From IMG/VR virus record IMGVR_UViG_3300027834_000005, positions 124,001 to 188,000 of that record: a stretch of DNA of 64,000 bases, one strand, 5' to 3'. The stretch's first letter is position 1. The number at the start of each line of letters is the position of its first letter. The notes beneath the pieces were generated by a model. The model saw nothing but the letters and a program-made list of their open reading frames with translations, searched no databases and was not told the origin of the DNA. This document shows, piece by piece, positions 37,981 through 48,103 of the stretch. The position numbers were made by a program, and so were the translations under genes.

Positions 37981-39165
37981 ATGTCTAAACTTATGGAAAG
38001 TAATTGGGGTGCAACTAAAACAGCACTTCTAGAAGGTCTTCAAGGGCAACGCAAAGATTCAATGGGTGTAGTTCTTGAGAATACAAAACGTTATATTGCG
38101 GAATCTGCAACATCTGGCGCAACACAGGCTGGTAACATCGCTACGGTAAACAAAGTGATGCTTCCTTTGATCCGTCGTGTAATGCCTTCTGTTATCGCTA
38201 ACGAAATCTTGGGTGTTCAACCTATGACTGGTCCTGTTGGTCAGGTACATACTTTACGTGTTCGCTATGCAGACACTAAAGCTGGTGTAGCTGCTGGTAC
38301 TGAAGCATTAGGTCCGTTCGATATCGCTAAAGCATACTCAGGTAATGAGCGCTTAAACGATGCAAACAACCCTTCAGTTGGTGCTGACCGCACTGCAAGA
38401 TTAGAAGGACAAGCTGGTAACAGAATGTCTATCCAAATCTTAAAAGAAACTGTTGAAGCAAAAACTCGTAAATTGTCTGCTCGTTGGACTTTCGAAGCTT
38501 CACAAGACGCTAACGCATTACACGGTATCGATATCGAAGCTGAGATCATGCAAGCATTAGCACAAGAAATCACAGTTGAGATTGACCAAGAAATGTTGAA
38601 TAACCTTCGCATCTTATCTGGTCCTGCTCCTGTAACTTACGACCAAGCAGCCGTTTCTGGTACTGCTACATACGTAGGTGACGAGCATGCTGCATTAGCA
38701 GTTATGATCAACCAACAAGCTAACCTTGTTGCTGCACGTACACGTCGTGGTGCTGCTAACTGGGCTGTTGTATCTCCTACTGTATTAACAATCTTACAGT
38801 CTGCTACAACTTCTAGCTTTGCTCGTACTACTGAAGGTACTTTTGAAGCTCCGACTAACACTAAGTTAGCTGGTACTTTGAACAGCACTATGAAAGTTTA
38901 TGTTGACCAATATGCCGCAGATAATGAGAAAGTTCTGTTAGGTTATAAAGGCGCAAACGAAACTGATGCTGCTGCATTCTTCTGTCCTTACGTGCCATTA
39001 ATGAGCACTGGACCAGTAATCGATCCAGATACATTTGAACCAGTTGTTTCTTTCATGACCCGTTACGGTTACATGGAATTGACTTCATCTGCTAACTCTT
39101 TGGGTAACGCAGCTGACTACTTGTCAAGTATCGCAATCGACACAGCTAACCTTAAATTCCTATAA
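37981..39165 (+). CDS. gp23: Major capsid protein
   Basis: LIRRVMPSVIANEILGVQPMTGPVG, VEAKTRKLSARWT, EIDQE, FFCPYVPL, FMTRYG; strong codon bias. Confidence 0.97.
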   Translation: MSKLMESNWGATKTALLEGLQGQRKDSMGVVLENTKRYIAESATSGATQAGNIATVNKVMLPLIRRVMPSVIANEILGVQPMTGPVGQVHTLRVRYADTKAGVAAGTEALGPFDIAKAYSGNERLNDANNPSVGADRTARLEGQAGNRMSIQILKETVEAKTRKLSARWTFEASQDANALHGIDIEAEIMQALAQEITVEIDQEMLNNLRILSGPAPVTYDQAAVSGTATYVGDEHAALAVMINQQANLVAARTRRGAANWAVVSPTVLTILQSATTSSFARTTEGTFEAPTNTKLAGTLNSTMKVYVDQYAADNEKVLLGYKGANETDAAAFFCPYVPLMSTGPVIDPDTFEPVVSFMTRYGYMELTSSANSLGNAADYLSSIAIDTANLKFL

Positions 39166-39192
39166 TTTTAGGTTTAGTTTAGAAAGCAATAA

Positions 39193-39216
39193 AGCTCACT
39201 TCGGTGGGCTTTTTTT
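39193..39216 (+). terminator. Rho-independent terminator after gp23
   Basis: AGCTCAC-TTCG-GTGGGCT followed by a T run. Confidence 0.9.
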
Positions 39217-39254
39217 ATGCCTGTTAACTACGCTCTGAAAATCTACTAAAACGC

Positions 39255-39262
39255 GATAAATA
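39255..39262 (+). promoter_or_regulatory. Late promoter GATAAATA
   Basis: Between the terminator and the fibre gene. Confidence 0.75.
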
Positions 39263-39287
39263 GTAGTAAACTCACTTGGAACACGAT

Positions 39288-42206
39288 ATGAGCGAAAACA
39301 TTAATTTTTCTAACAATTTAACATTCACTAAGGTAACAGATTTAGATACCAGTGAAGTTGTGTTTGACATAACCGATACAGAAGGTCTCATAATTAGTGT
39401 TCCTTCAGCCGGATCTAATCCTACGTTGACCGTGAGCGGTGACTTGGATGTAACGGGCGATCTTAACGTTGCCGGTAATACAGTCGTAAATGCAGACACC
39501 AAATTATCAATAACAGATAAGAACGTTTTAATGAACGTGCCAGAGGAACCAAAAGAACCTCAAGGTAACAGTACATTAAATTCGGATATAGTAGATACTG
39601 CGACTGTAACAGATCCAGGTGTAGGTTTTACGCCATCCACGACTGTTCCGGTAGTATTTGAAAGTCCACCTTCAGGAACAACTGCTACAGGTACTGTATC
39701 CGCAGACGCCGGAGGTATAGTTGCATTTGGTTCCGCAGTTACTATTACTGATGCCGGTACTGGATATGTAACACCCCCGACATTCACTTTCGGTAGTGCA
39801 GCTAACACCCCTCCTAGGCCTACAGTTATGCCAGATGGTTCTGGGTCAATTGTAGTTAGGGATTGGTTCGATGGCGTAGAAGCGCACGCCGGTATCCTAT
39901 GGGACGACACTGAGCTGTCATGGGATCTTAACTTTGGTATAGACCAAGACATTTATGAAGGTTCGCCTAGTGGCCCTATCAATACGTTAGCAGCTAATCC
40001 GAGAATAAGAAATCTTGGTGACCCAATAGATCCTTCGGATGCGGTTAACTTATCCATCATAACAGCGCTAGAATTAAATGATCTAGCCGACGTTGTTGTG
40101 TCTGGCCCATCTGTCGGTCAAGTATTAAGATACAATGCGAGTGGCGATTGGGAAGCTGATCAATTAGATTTTTCTGATCTATCTGGGATATCAACACCAA
40201 CTACAAGCTCAGGGTACTTTTTCTGGAATCATCTTCTAGGTGCCTCTGGAGAATTTGAATATAAAGAACAAATACCATCTACTGATATTTCAGGACTAGC
40301 TACTGTAGCAACTTCAGGCACATTAACTTCGTTGACTGACACTAATGTACCGGCACCTACGGACGGGTATGTACTGTCATGGGATGTCGCTACATCTAAA
40401 TGGATTGATGTTCCTAAGATTGCAATTGGTGACTTAGATACAATCCAGAGTCCATCAGTTAGTCCTACTGCTAAGGTTGCTACTGTTACAGACAATGTGA
40501 CTATCGATGCGGATAATAATTTAGTTGTTACCATTGGAAACTTGGTGACTGTAGATGTCGTAGACAGCTTCACACTCAACGCTAATAGTGTTCTATTAGA
40601 TACCGTTGCACCTGTGGTACTTAATACTGGAGCAGGCACTGACGGCGAATTGAACGCCAGTGGCGACCTTATACTAACCTCTACAGCAGGCGATGTATAT
40701 TTACAAAACGTAAGCTACCCAGAATCTGAGATTACTACTCCTAATTTATCATTGTTATTTTATAACTCAAGTACTAATGCCATGGAATGGGGGTTACTTC
40801 CTACGTCTGCTATTCAGAACAGACTAGAGAATAGTATCCAGACCACCTACGTTGACGTCGAAGAAACTAATGACGTTGTTACACTTAAAGCTCCAGACTT
40901 AGGAGACACAAGTATAGGCGGCGGAACTATAACTGATGATGTTGGTGTTATCATAAACGCAGGCGACGGAAGAGATGTATTATTTCCAGGTACTAGTGTC
41001 TCAAACATTCACTCCGACACCGGAATGAATATAGAAACTACTCTTGGCGACATGACATTAAATACTGATGGCGATCTTAAATTTAACGGGTTTATATTCC
41101 CTGATGAAACGTCTATTAGAGAAGTTGGTGATGTTTTAATTGTAGATCCACTGGACACAATTAATAAAGAAAACTTAGTGTTTGCCACTATGAGTATAGG
41201 GCTTAACTCGGACGTTAACTTAACGCCACCTTTAAATGAGTTTGAAGTACTTATAGCTAATGACGCAGGGACGTTTTATAACAAAAGATTATCTTATGAT
41301 GATCTTGATCCTACCTCTATACCAACTCCGACACTTACCCTTCTTGGTCTTACTGATACGTATGATCCTACTGGTATGGTCCCTTCTGTGCCTGATGAAC
41401 TTAAGAATAAATATCTACGCTGGAATGAGTTTGGTACTGAAGTGGTCTATGAGACTACCATAAGTGCTGAGAATATAAATTTCATAGGTGTAGCAACAAA
41501 CATAGAGCCTACGACGTCAAATGTGAATGATATAGGTAGTGCCTCTAAAAAGTTCAAAGACGTGCACGCCACGACTGTGTATGGGGATACATTAGTTGGT
41601 TCATATACTAACGCCAATGAAACTATCACTGAGGCTATGTTAACAACCAATGTACAAAATAAACTTAACGCCTCATACGGTGACGCGTTTATAGACGGAG
41701 ACCAAACATTCACTGGTCAGAATTCTTTTGTGCCTACTGAATCGGCTGACGGATTCGCCGTGTCTACAGATGACGGCAGTATTACGTTGATGACGGTAAC
41801 TGGTGATATAGATATAAAGTCTACTGACGGGAATATCTATATCGAAGGATATCAAAAGGCTGTTAATTTAGACATATCTGTTGCTGACGTTCCTACTGGA
41901 ACAGGCACGGTAGTTTTGAATATCGGAAACTTGGTCCCTAGTAATTCAATAGTTACGTCTTGTAGGATTTTAGTTACTAGCGCATTCGATGGCACTGACC
42001 CTCAAGTGTCGGTTGGTAACCTTAGTGTTAGTGATTCATTAATGACTATAGCAGAAAACGACCTGACAAGTACTGGGTTAAATCATAGTAATACTTTCTT
42101 AGATGTTGGTACTACTGCAAACGGTAAACAACTGGCTGCCACAATTACGTTAGCTTCTGCGACTGTAGGTAACGCTAGAATTCTAATAGAATATTACAGA
42201 CTGTAA
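39288..42206 (+). CDS. Fibre-like virion protein (about 972 aa)
   Basis: LTVSGDLDVTGDLNVAG beta-repeat, RIRNLGDP.DPSDAVN stalk motif, LxDLxD...GQVLRY/GYVLSW repeats, beta-sandwich-like C-terminus. Track start 39276 is TTG; ATG 39288 preferred. Confidence 0.7.
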   Translation: MSENINFSNNLTFTKVTDLDTSEVVFDITDTEGLIISVPSAGSNPTLTVSGDLDVTGDLNVAGNTVVNADTKLSITDKNVLMNVPEEPKEPQGNSTLNSDIVDTATVTDPGVGFTPSTTVPVVFESPPSGTTATGTVSADAGGIVAFGSAVTITDAGTGYVTPPTFTFGSAANTPPRPTVMPDGSGSIVVRDWFDGVEAHAGILWDDTELSWDLNFGIDQDIYEGSPSGPINTLAANPRIRNLGDPIDPSDAVNLSIITALELNDLADVVVSGPSVGQVLRYNASGDWEADQLDFSDLSGISTPTTSSGYFFWNHLLGASGEFEYKEQIPSTDISGLATVATSGTLTSLTDTNVPAPTDGYVLSWDVATSKWIDVPKIAIGDLDTIQSPSVSPTAKVATVTDNVTIDADNNLVVTIGNLVTVDVVDSFTLNANSVLLDTVAPVVLNTGAGTDGELNASGDLILTSTAGDVYLQNVSYPESEITTPNLSLLFYNSSTNAMEWGLLPTSAIQNRLENSIQTTYVDVEETNDVVTLKAPDLGDTSIGGGTITDDVGVIINAGDGRDVLFPGTSVSNIHSDTGMNIETTLGDMTLNTDGDLKFNGFIFPDETSIREVGDVLIVDPLDTINKENLVFATMSIGLNSDVNLTPPLNEFEVLIANDAGTFYNKRLSYDDLDPTSIPTPTLTLLGLTDTYDPTGMVPSVPDELKNKYLRWNEFGTEVVYETTISAENINFIGVATNIEPTTSNVNDIGSASKKFKDVHATTVYGDTLVGSYTNANETITEAMLTTNVQNKLNASYGDAFIDGDQTFTGQNSFVPTESADGFAVSTDDGSITLMTVTGDIDIKSTDGNIYIEGYQKAVNLDISVADVPTGTGTVVLNIGNLVPSNSIVTSCRILVTSAFDGTDPQVSVGNLSVSDSLMTIAENDLTSTGLNHSNTFLDVGTTANGKQLAATITLASATVGNARILIEYYRL

Positions 42207-42218
42207 GGGACAAAATAA

Positions 42219-43706
42219 ATGACTAATAAATATGATATATCCGCTGTAGGCGGAACATTAGAAATAGGAAAAAATGGTCCTATACTTACGAATAATTCTG
42301 GCGAGTTGGAAGTTAATGGCTCCCCAGTTGGCGACGTGAATCAGGGAAGTGTTAACGCATTCACTGATAGTAATACTTTTTCTATCGATTCATCTTTAGT
42401 TGGAGATAAATTTAAAATTAGCGATGATCTGAATTCTGTAAATTTCTCCATGGATGTAGATGGTAACTATAATAATAGTATTATAGGTAGTGTAACCACA
42501 CCAGAAAATGCTATTACTGATACTATTAGCAGTGTTTATATTGCGCCAGCTAATGCCGGAAACATTTTACGTAAGACCATAGAGATAGGTTCATCGGATG
42601 TTCTTATAGATATGAGAATGAGTGGCCTCGATACTAGAAATTTAAACATAGAGGCTGGTAATTCAGTGTTGAGTTTAGAAGGGACTGCAGTTTCCGACTC
42701 AGCAACACTTGGATCTGCAAGTACTAAATTCTTTTTTACTGAAACTGGATTAACATCGACACTTAGCATGTTTAATATTGATGGTGATATTAGTATAAAA
42801 CATGACGGTACATTATCTAATATAGATATGACGTCTACGTTAATTGATATGTCAGCGAGTAAAGGTTTGAGAATTCCTCAAGTGTTAGGCATACAAGTGG
42901 ATAATACATTAGATCCTGGTATTCCGTCATTGGGTGACGCGTATGTAATAACAGATTCTGCTAACCTTCATGTTAATTTTGGTGCGCCAACGGTAAGTGA
43001 TAATGACGTGGTGTCGTATAATGGCGCGGCATTCGTTACGGTTATAAGTGTTACTGGGGCGGCAATTGACGGCGGATTAAAAGTTTGGGATTTAGCCGGT
43101 AACAAAGAGTACACATATGATAGTGTTATCTGGAGAGAAGATACTGCTGGTGGCGGAACTGGACCTACTGGGCCTACTGGACCCGCTGGGGCTGATGGTA
43201 CTAACGGAACTAACGGAACTAACGGAACTAACGGAACTAATGGAATAGATGGCGCAGACGGTGCCACGGGACCTACAGGAGCGGCAGGGCCTATCGGACC
43301 AGACGGATTAGATGGCCAAGGAGTTCCTATTGGCGGTGCCACTGGGTACGTACTAACTAAATCTAGCATCAACGACTTCGACACTGTGTGGGCAGCAGCA
43401 TCTGGTGGAGGTGGCAATCCATTTGACCAAGACTTAAATACGTTTAACGATGTGACATTCAACGAAATCGTAGCGGATAAACTAACTACTACTTCCGCGA
43501 CTCCGTCCACTATTTCTAGCTCAACAACATTAACGTTGTCATCGGTTGAAGGAACGAGAGTTACTGGCGGACCATTTAGATTACCGAGCATGACGCAAAC
43601 AGAAGTGAATGCATTAGTGTCCCCTCAAGATGGTGATATGATATTCAACACTACAACCGTATCTGCACAGGTATACGTAACTGGCGTATGGGTGTCTATA
43701 ACATAA
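42219..43706 (+). CDS. Collagen-repeat fibre protein (495 aa)
   Basis: About 18 consecutive Gly-X-Y triplets [18 protein letters not shown]...GLDGQG followed by [10 protein letters not shown]...DFDTVW. Confidence 0.8.
   Translation: MTNKYDISAVGGTLEIGKNGPILTNNSGELEVNGSPVGDVNQGSVNAFTDSNTFSIDSSLVGDKFKISDDLNSVNFSMDVDGNYNNSIIGSVTTPENAITDTISSVYIAPANAGNILRKTIEIGSSDVLIDMRMSGLDTRNLNIEAGNSVLSLEGTAVSDSATLGSASTKFFFTETGLTSTLSMFNIDGDISIKHDGTLSNIDMTSTLIDMSASKGLRIPQVLGIQVDNTLDPGIPSLGDAYVITDSANLHVNFGAPTVSDNDVVSYNGAAFVTVISVTGAAIDGGLKVWDLAGNKEYTYDSVIWREDTAGGGTGPTGPTGPAGADGTNGTNGTNGTNGTNGIDGADGATGPTGAAGPIGPDGLDGQGVPIGGATGYVLTKSSINDFDTVWAAASGGGGNPFDQDLNTFNDVTFNEIVADKLTTTSATPSTISSSTTLTLSSVEGTRVTGGPFRLPSMTQTEVNALVSPQDGDMIFNTTTVSAQVYVTGVWVSIT
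43200..43244 (+). repeat. 9-bp tandem repeat (ACTAACGGA)x4 plus ACTAATGGA encoding the GTN triplets
   Basis: Read directly from the sequence. Confidence 0.95.
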
Positions 43707-45340
43707 TGGCTAATTACAAAGAGTATATAGTCGTAGTTAACGAAGGAGTCCTAATCAGTGATGTCGAAATAGATCTGATTAGGGATACTAAGCTTGACAG
43801 TGTTGTAGATAGTAATGTAGTTCCTGACAGGACATGTGAGGTTGCTTTAGAGAAGTCAACGAACGACAGAATAACACATTTTTATTTAACTGATGCTGAA
43901 GCTAAAAATTTAAAGAGTGATAGTAGAATTCTTGATGTTCATTTAAAACCTACAGTGTGTAAATCATTAATGCAAACTCAGACTTCTAACTTTAGTAGGA
44001 CTGATACGTTAAGAGATGATCTAGTTAACTGGGGATTAAAAAGGCATATAGAATCGGTAGTTGATACTAACGCGGTTAATGACGTATATGAAGTTGATTA
44101 CGGGTATAATTTAGATGGTGACGGCGTAGATATTATTATACAGGACGACGGCATACAAACGGATCATCCTGAATTCCAAGACGAACATGGTTTTAGTAGA
44201 GTTAAAGAAATAGATTGGTATGCCGAGTCAGGTATGGCCGGAGAAATGCCTTCTAGTTTCTATTCTACGACTACTGCGGACCCTAATCATAATGGTGGCC
44301 AACACGGAACTCATGTTGCATCAGTGGCTGCCGGTAAAACGTATGGGTGGGCAAAGAAAGCTAGAATTTACTCCATGAGAATTTTTGGAGGTCCTAATCA
44401 TGAAATAGACTACGCTGAAAGTTTTGATTTGATTAGGATGTGGCATGAGAATAAGCCAGTAGATCCTAACACCGGAGTGAAAAGGCCTACGATTGTAAAT
44501 CAGAGCTGGGGATTTGCGTATTACTATGATAATTCGCCGACTGCTAATCCGTCTATAACTAATATTTTTTATAAAGGCGTGGATCAAGGGTATAACGGCG
44601 GAGAATCAAGGAAAGTTTCTTTAGGTATGGTTTCGCCAGTACATCCAATAAGCGTGCCTTCCGTGGACGTAGAACAGCAACAATTAACAGACGCTGGTGT
44701 AATATGTATACATTCTGCCGGTAATAGTTTGCACGCCCAGACAAGCCAGTACCCAGAATATAATAGCGATATATATGATTCATATTATACTAGAGAAGAT
44801 ATATGGGCAGGTATGGTTATGCCTAATGATCCGATATATTACAATAGAGCTATGTCACCGAACAGCAGAGATACTATTACTGTCGGTGGTATGAGTAATG
44901 AGATACAGGGAACGGATGAATTGGCAGATAGGAACAGTGAGCGAGGCCCATTAATAGATGTTTGGGCTGCGGGTTCTAGTATTATGGCTGCTACTAGCGA
45001 TACATCTAATAACGTAGAAAATGTAGTGTATCCTGACGATAACGCCTATTATATATCTAGACTTAGTGGTTCGTCAATAGCGACACCTCAAGTATCAGGT
45101 ATGTTATGTTTATTGGCGCAGATGCACCCTTCGATTACACCGGCTCAGTGCAAACAGTTCATAACTACAAATTCAGTGAGTGGGATCTTAGATACGCCTT
45201 CGTCCGAAGACTGGACAGACGGTAATACGAACGATAGTACGTATGGATCACCGGATAGAATACTACATTGGCCTTACGGATCTGGCATTAATACAGTTGT
45301 GGAAGGAAACACAGAAACTAATTTCACGAATATCACGTAA
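43706..45340 (+). CDS. Subtilisin-like S8 serine protease
   Basis: Catalytic Asp (VDIIIQDDG), His (HGTHVASVAAG), oxyanion Asn (SAGN), Ser (SGSSIATP). Start ATG 43706 overlaps the upstream TAA. Confidence 0.9.
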   Translation: MANYKEYIVVVNEGVLISDVEIDLIRDTKLDSVVDSNVVPDRTCEVALEKSTNDRITHFYLTDAEAKNLKSDSRILDVHLKPTVCKSLMQTQTSNFSRTDTLRDDLVNWGLKRHIESVVDTNAVNDVYEVDYGYNLDGDGVDIIIQDDGIQTDHPEFQDEHGFSRVKEIDWYAESGMAGEMPSSFYSTTTADPNHNGGQHGTHVASVAAGKTYGWAKKARIYSMRIFGGPNHEIDYAESFDLIRMWHENKPVDPNTGVKRPTIVNQSWGFAYYYDNSPTANPSITNIFYKGVDQGYNGGESRKVSLGMVSPVHPISVPSVDVEQQQLTDAGVICIHSAGNSLHAQTSQYPEYNSDIYDSYYTREDIWAGMVMPNDPIYYNRAMSPNSRDTITVGGMSNEIQGTDELADRNSERGPLIDVWAAGSSIMAATSDTSNNVENVVYPDDNAYYISRLSGSSIATPQVSGMLCLLAQMHPSITPAQCKQFITTNSVSGILDTPSSEDWTDGNTNDSTYGSPDRILHWPYGSGINTVVEGNTETNFTNIT

Positions 45341-45344
45341 AGCT

Positions 45345-45352
45345 GATAAATA
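45345..45352 (+). promoter_or_regulatory. Late promoter GATAAATA
   Basis: TGATAAATAGT upstream of an AGAGGA RBS and ATG 45381. Confidence 0.75.
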
Positions 45353-45380
45353 GTGTAAAATGAATTAAGAGGATACTATC

Positions 45381-45920
45381 ATGGTAACCAGAGTAAACGG
45401 CGGCGTCATTAATGACCAAATGCTAAAAGGTAAGTTAAGATTTTTCAAGATTGTTGGTCCTGCTAATGCGTTCCAATATACTATTGGTACAGACTCAGTG
45501 GGTGACGGAACAGGCATCCCAAACGTAGTCGTGCCCAATACTAATACAGCAATCAATGACGCTAATACCGCATTGTATGTTGAGAAAGTTGGTATTAAAC
45601 AGCCATCACCTAATTCAGTAGCTGAGTATGTTATTAGTGCTATATTAGAGAAGTGCACCGTGTCTATGATCAAGATAGTTAGTGACACTGAAATCCACGT
45701 CGCTATCGAAAATACTTCTAATGGTTGGGACACAACTTCTTCCGGTGAGTACGATTTCGATACAGGCCTTGATATAGATTCTGATGCCGCAGCTAATATG
45801 CTTGCTGTCATTAAAGATGGTGGAACTTTAACAAATGTACCTGACATAACTAATACTGGAAAAAGCTTCGACACCGCAACATTAGTTTCAGTTACTGAAG
45901 TTCCTTTCGTACTGGTATAA
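45381..45920 (+). CDS. Virion protein, paralog family A (179 aa), possible head decoration
   Basis: MVTRVNGGVINDQMLKGKLRFF is shared with the genes at 49650 and 50325. Confidence 0.65.
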   Translation: MVTRVNGGVINDQMLKGKLRFFKIVGPANAFQYTIGTDSVGDGTGIPNVVVPNTNTAINDANTALYVEKVGIKQPSPNSVAEYVISAILEKCTVSMIKIVSDTEIHVAIENTSNGWDTTSSGEYDFDTGLDIDSDAAANMLAVIKDGGTLTNVPDITNTGKSFDTATLVSVTEVPFVLV

Positions 45921-45933
45921 GGGGTAACTAGCC

Positions 45934-46182
45934 TTGGATAAGAGAAGATCACTGCTCCATGAAATGAACGATTACATTCCTCATAAAGATAAAGAGAGTG
46001 TAGTCGAATCTAGGGCAAACCATATAATTACGTCAGCTATAAATCTTTTAGAAGATATACACTCTAACTTTACGGAGGAAGAGGCTGAAGTCTTGGAAAA
46101 AAGACTCATGAGCAGTATAAAAAATAGAGATTATGGTCGGTTTGATAAACAGATACGTAAGATTAAGGAGTCTAAGAAATGA
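45934..46182 (+). CDS. Small helical protein, probable head-internal (82 aa, TTG start)
   Basis: AGGGGT 8 nt before TTG; SLLHE and VVES motifs. Confidence 0.65.
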   Translation: MDKRRSLLHEMNDYIPHKDKESVVESRANHIITSAINLLEDIHSNFTEEEAEVLEKRLMSSIKNRDYGRFDKQIRKIKESKK

Positions 46183-46880
46183 GATTTAAAGACCTCTTCG
46201 AAGCGCCAAGAAACAATCCAGCTGATCTAGCTAAAAAAGTAGGCAGTGTTAATGATGCCGAACGTGATAGAAAAGAAACTATTAGGAAAAGAAATTCATC
46301 TAATGGTAAATTGGGCGCACAGACTAGAGCAATGAATAAAGATTTCAAAGCTCTTAATAAAGAACTAAAGAATGATGCCAAGGCAAAGGCTGCTGATCAA
46401 CAAGCTGCCGTAGAACCTGAGCCGAATAAACCTAATACCGACATGTCTTCGGCTGAAAAGGATTTAATTGCTCCGTTCATAAAAAGTCAAATCCGCGATA
46501 GAAAAAGAAAGCGTGGAGTTGAAGGTGACCAAGGCGTAGAAGAAAGAGACGTATTAGATTACGCTCAAGAAAAATATCCAAATGTTGACGCTCAAGAATT
46601 AGAAGGTTTATGGAAGCAAGTTTCTGGTGGAGATAGTTCCCCTAAAGCAACTGACGTAGAGACCCCTTACGGTAGCGGTAAGGACGAAGATCCCCAGCCT
46701 AATCAAGATGAACCCAAGACGCAGAAGAAGCCTAGAAGAAAACCTAGTGGCGGATCTGGCGGTGGAAGTTCTCCAGAAGGGTCAGTATCTAGTAAGGACA
46801 TGGGTAGAATCTTAGATAGAATAAAATCTATGTCAATGAAAGAATTAAAATGGTTTAAGAAGGCGATACGTAATGACTGA
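46179..46880 (+). CDS. Highly charged protein, probable internal head protein (233 aa)
   Basis: ATGA coupling; N-terminus MRFKDLFE; low-complexity K/E/P/G tail. Confidence 0.65.
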   Translation: MRFKDLFEAPRNNPADLAKKVGSVNDAERDRKETIRKRNSSNGKLGAQTRAMNKDFKALNKELKNDAKAKAADQQAAVEPEPNKPNTDMSSAEKDLIAPFIKSQIRDRKRKRGVEGDQGVEERDVLDYAQEKYPNVDAQELEGLWKQVSGGDSSPKATDVETPYGSGKDEDPQPNQDEPKTQKKPRRKPSGGSGGGSSPEGSVSSKDMGRILDRIKSMSMKELKWFKKAIRND

Positions 46881-47589
46881 TACCTCAATGAGCGACTTAA
46901 TTGCTATTGCCGAAGGTAAAGTAATTACAGGGTCCGAAGCAAGACATAGAATAGAATCTGCTGTAAAAAAACACGGTATAGAATCCGAGTTAGGTAGAAT
47001 CCTCGACGTATGGGATCAAGAATACGGCGGACAGTCTAAGACTGCAGACGTAAACCACATTAATAGATTTCTTAAGAAAGAAGTCGGTGACATAAAAGTA
47101 TCCAAGAAGAAGCAGCAAGTCGGTAGAGACATAGCGGACTTAGCTAGGTTTGTAAAAGACCATGGTATAGCTGATCGTATCATGGACATGATTGACACGT
47201 ATCGCGTAGGCGGTAAAAGAGATAAAGCTGGTAGAGTGTTGAAAGGCGTTAAGCGTGCAATGTTCGGTGAGAGTATCTTGCATGAAAGCGATGTGTCTGA
47301 TGACGTGGTTAGGGATTTCTTTGAACTTCTAGTGCAGAACTACGGTGACCCTACGACTAGTGAAGGCATAACAGAAAGTATAGTCGATGACTTTTTAGAT
47401 ACTAAGTTAGACAGAAATAAACTTAATAGTATAATGTCCACTATTGAAGATAATAATCAGAGTGGCGCATTTAACGCGGTTAAAGATAGTATCCTTAGTA
47501 AATGGGGAGACTCCGCATTCGACACTAGTACTCTTAGGTCCATAAGCGATGAGCTAACAACGTTGAGTCAGAAAGGACTGGACATATAA
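46873..47589 (+). CDS. Probable internal head protein (238 aa)
   Basis: Coupled operon gene; IAE, LHES, ITES motifs. Confidence 0.65.
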   Translation: MTDTSMSDLIAIAEGKVITGSEARHRIESAVKKHGIESELGRILDVWDQEYGGQSKTADVNHINRFLKKEVGDIKVSKKKQQVGRDIADLARFVKDHGIADRIMDMIDTYRVGGKRDKAGRVLKGVKRAMFGESILHESDVSDDVVRDFFELLVQNYGDPTTSEGITESIVDDFLDTKLDRNKLNSIMSTIEDNNQSGAFNAVKDSILSKWGDSAFDTSTLRSISDELTTLSQKGLDI

Positions 47590-48101
47590 TGTTTGAGTTA
47601 CTAGGTGATTTGTCTGAAAGTAAATCTTTCAGATGTCAGAAGTCGTTAGATAAGATAGAGGAGCAGAGATCGAGAGACCTTCTGTTCGCGCACGTGTGTA
47701 TACTAATGTGTTTGATTCAGGAAGAAGATACTAAAGACAATGCACAGAGATATATGTCTAAGGCCATCGCATTTGGGAACTTTGACTTTTTCAGATCTTC
47801 CGGTAATGATTTGTATATGTTGGCGTACAATGAGAAAGAAAATAAATATTTTGACGAGAAAGGGTTGATTAGGTTTGTCCAAAGTGTTATAATGGGCAAC
47901 TACAATTTCATATATACATACCTGAATAAACTCCAAACGTCATTAGGTGTCAAAAATTCTACCTTTACCAGATTCAAAAGATACGCTGGGTATTGGGATA
48001 GAATTTCTGAAAGAGAAAAGCGTAGAGCTTTGGAAATGGTTCTTATAGATATAAGAAAAGATATGCCAATGTCCGAGCTGTACCATATGATTAGGAGATA
48101 A
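47589..48101 (+). CDS. Hypothetical virion-associated protein (170 aa)
   Basis: TAATG coupling; N-terminus MFELLGDLSES. Confidence 0.65.
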   Translation: MFELLGDLSESKSFRCQKSLDKIEEQRSRDLLFAHVCILMCLIQEEDTKDNAQRYMSKAIAFGNFDFFRSSGNDLYMLAYNEKENKYFDEKGLIRFVQSVIMGNYNFIYTYLNKLQTSLGVKNSTFTRFKRYAGYWDRISEREKRRALEMVLIDIRKDMPMSELYHMIRR

Positions 48102-48103
48102 GT

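Noticed and set aside
22834-39165. Inteins or introns in gp55, gp46, gp20 or gp23
   Set aside because: gp46, gp20 and gp23 have no unexplained extra length; the gp55 insert lacks the C/S...HN splice ends and LAGLIDADG motifs.
43200-43244. Tandem repeat as a possible CRISPR array
   Set aside because: 9-bp units with no spacers, in frame within a CDS; no repeat-spacer array seen anywhere in the window.
42968-43591. 207-aa Pro-rich minus-strand ORF with PLVPLV repeats
   Set aside because: Mirror of the collagen Gly-X-Y codons.
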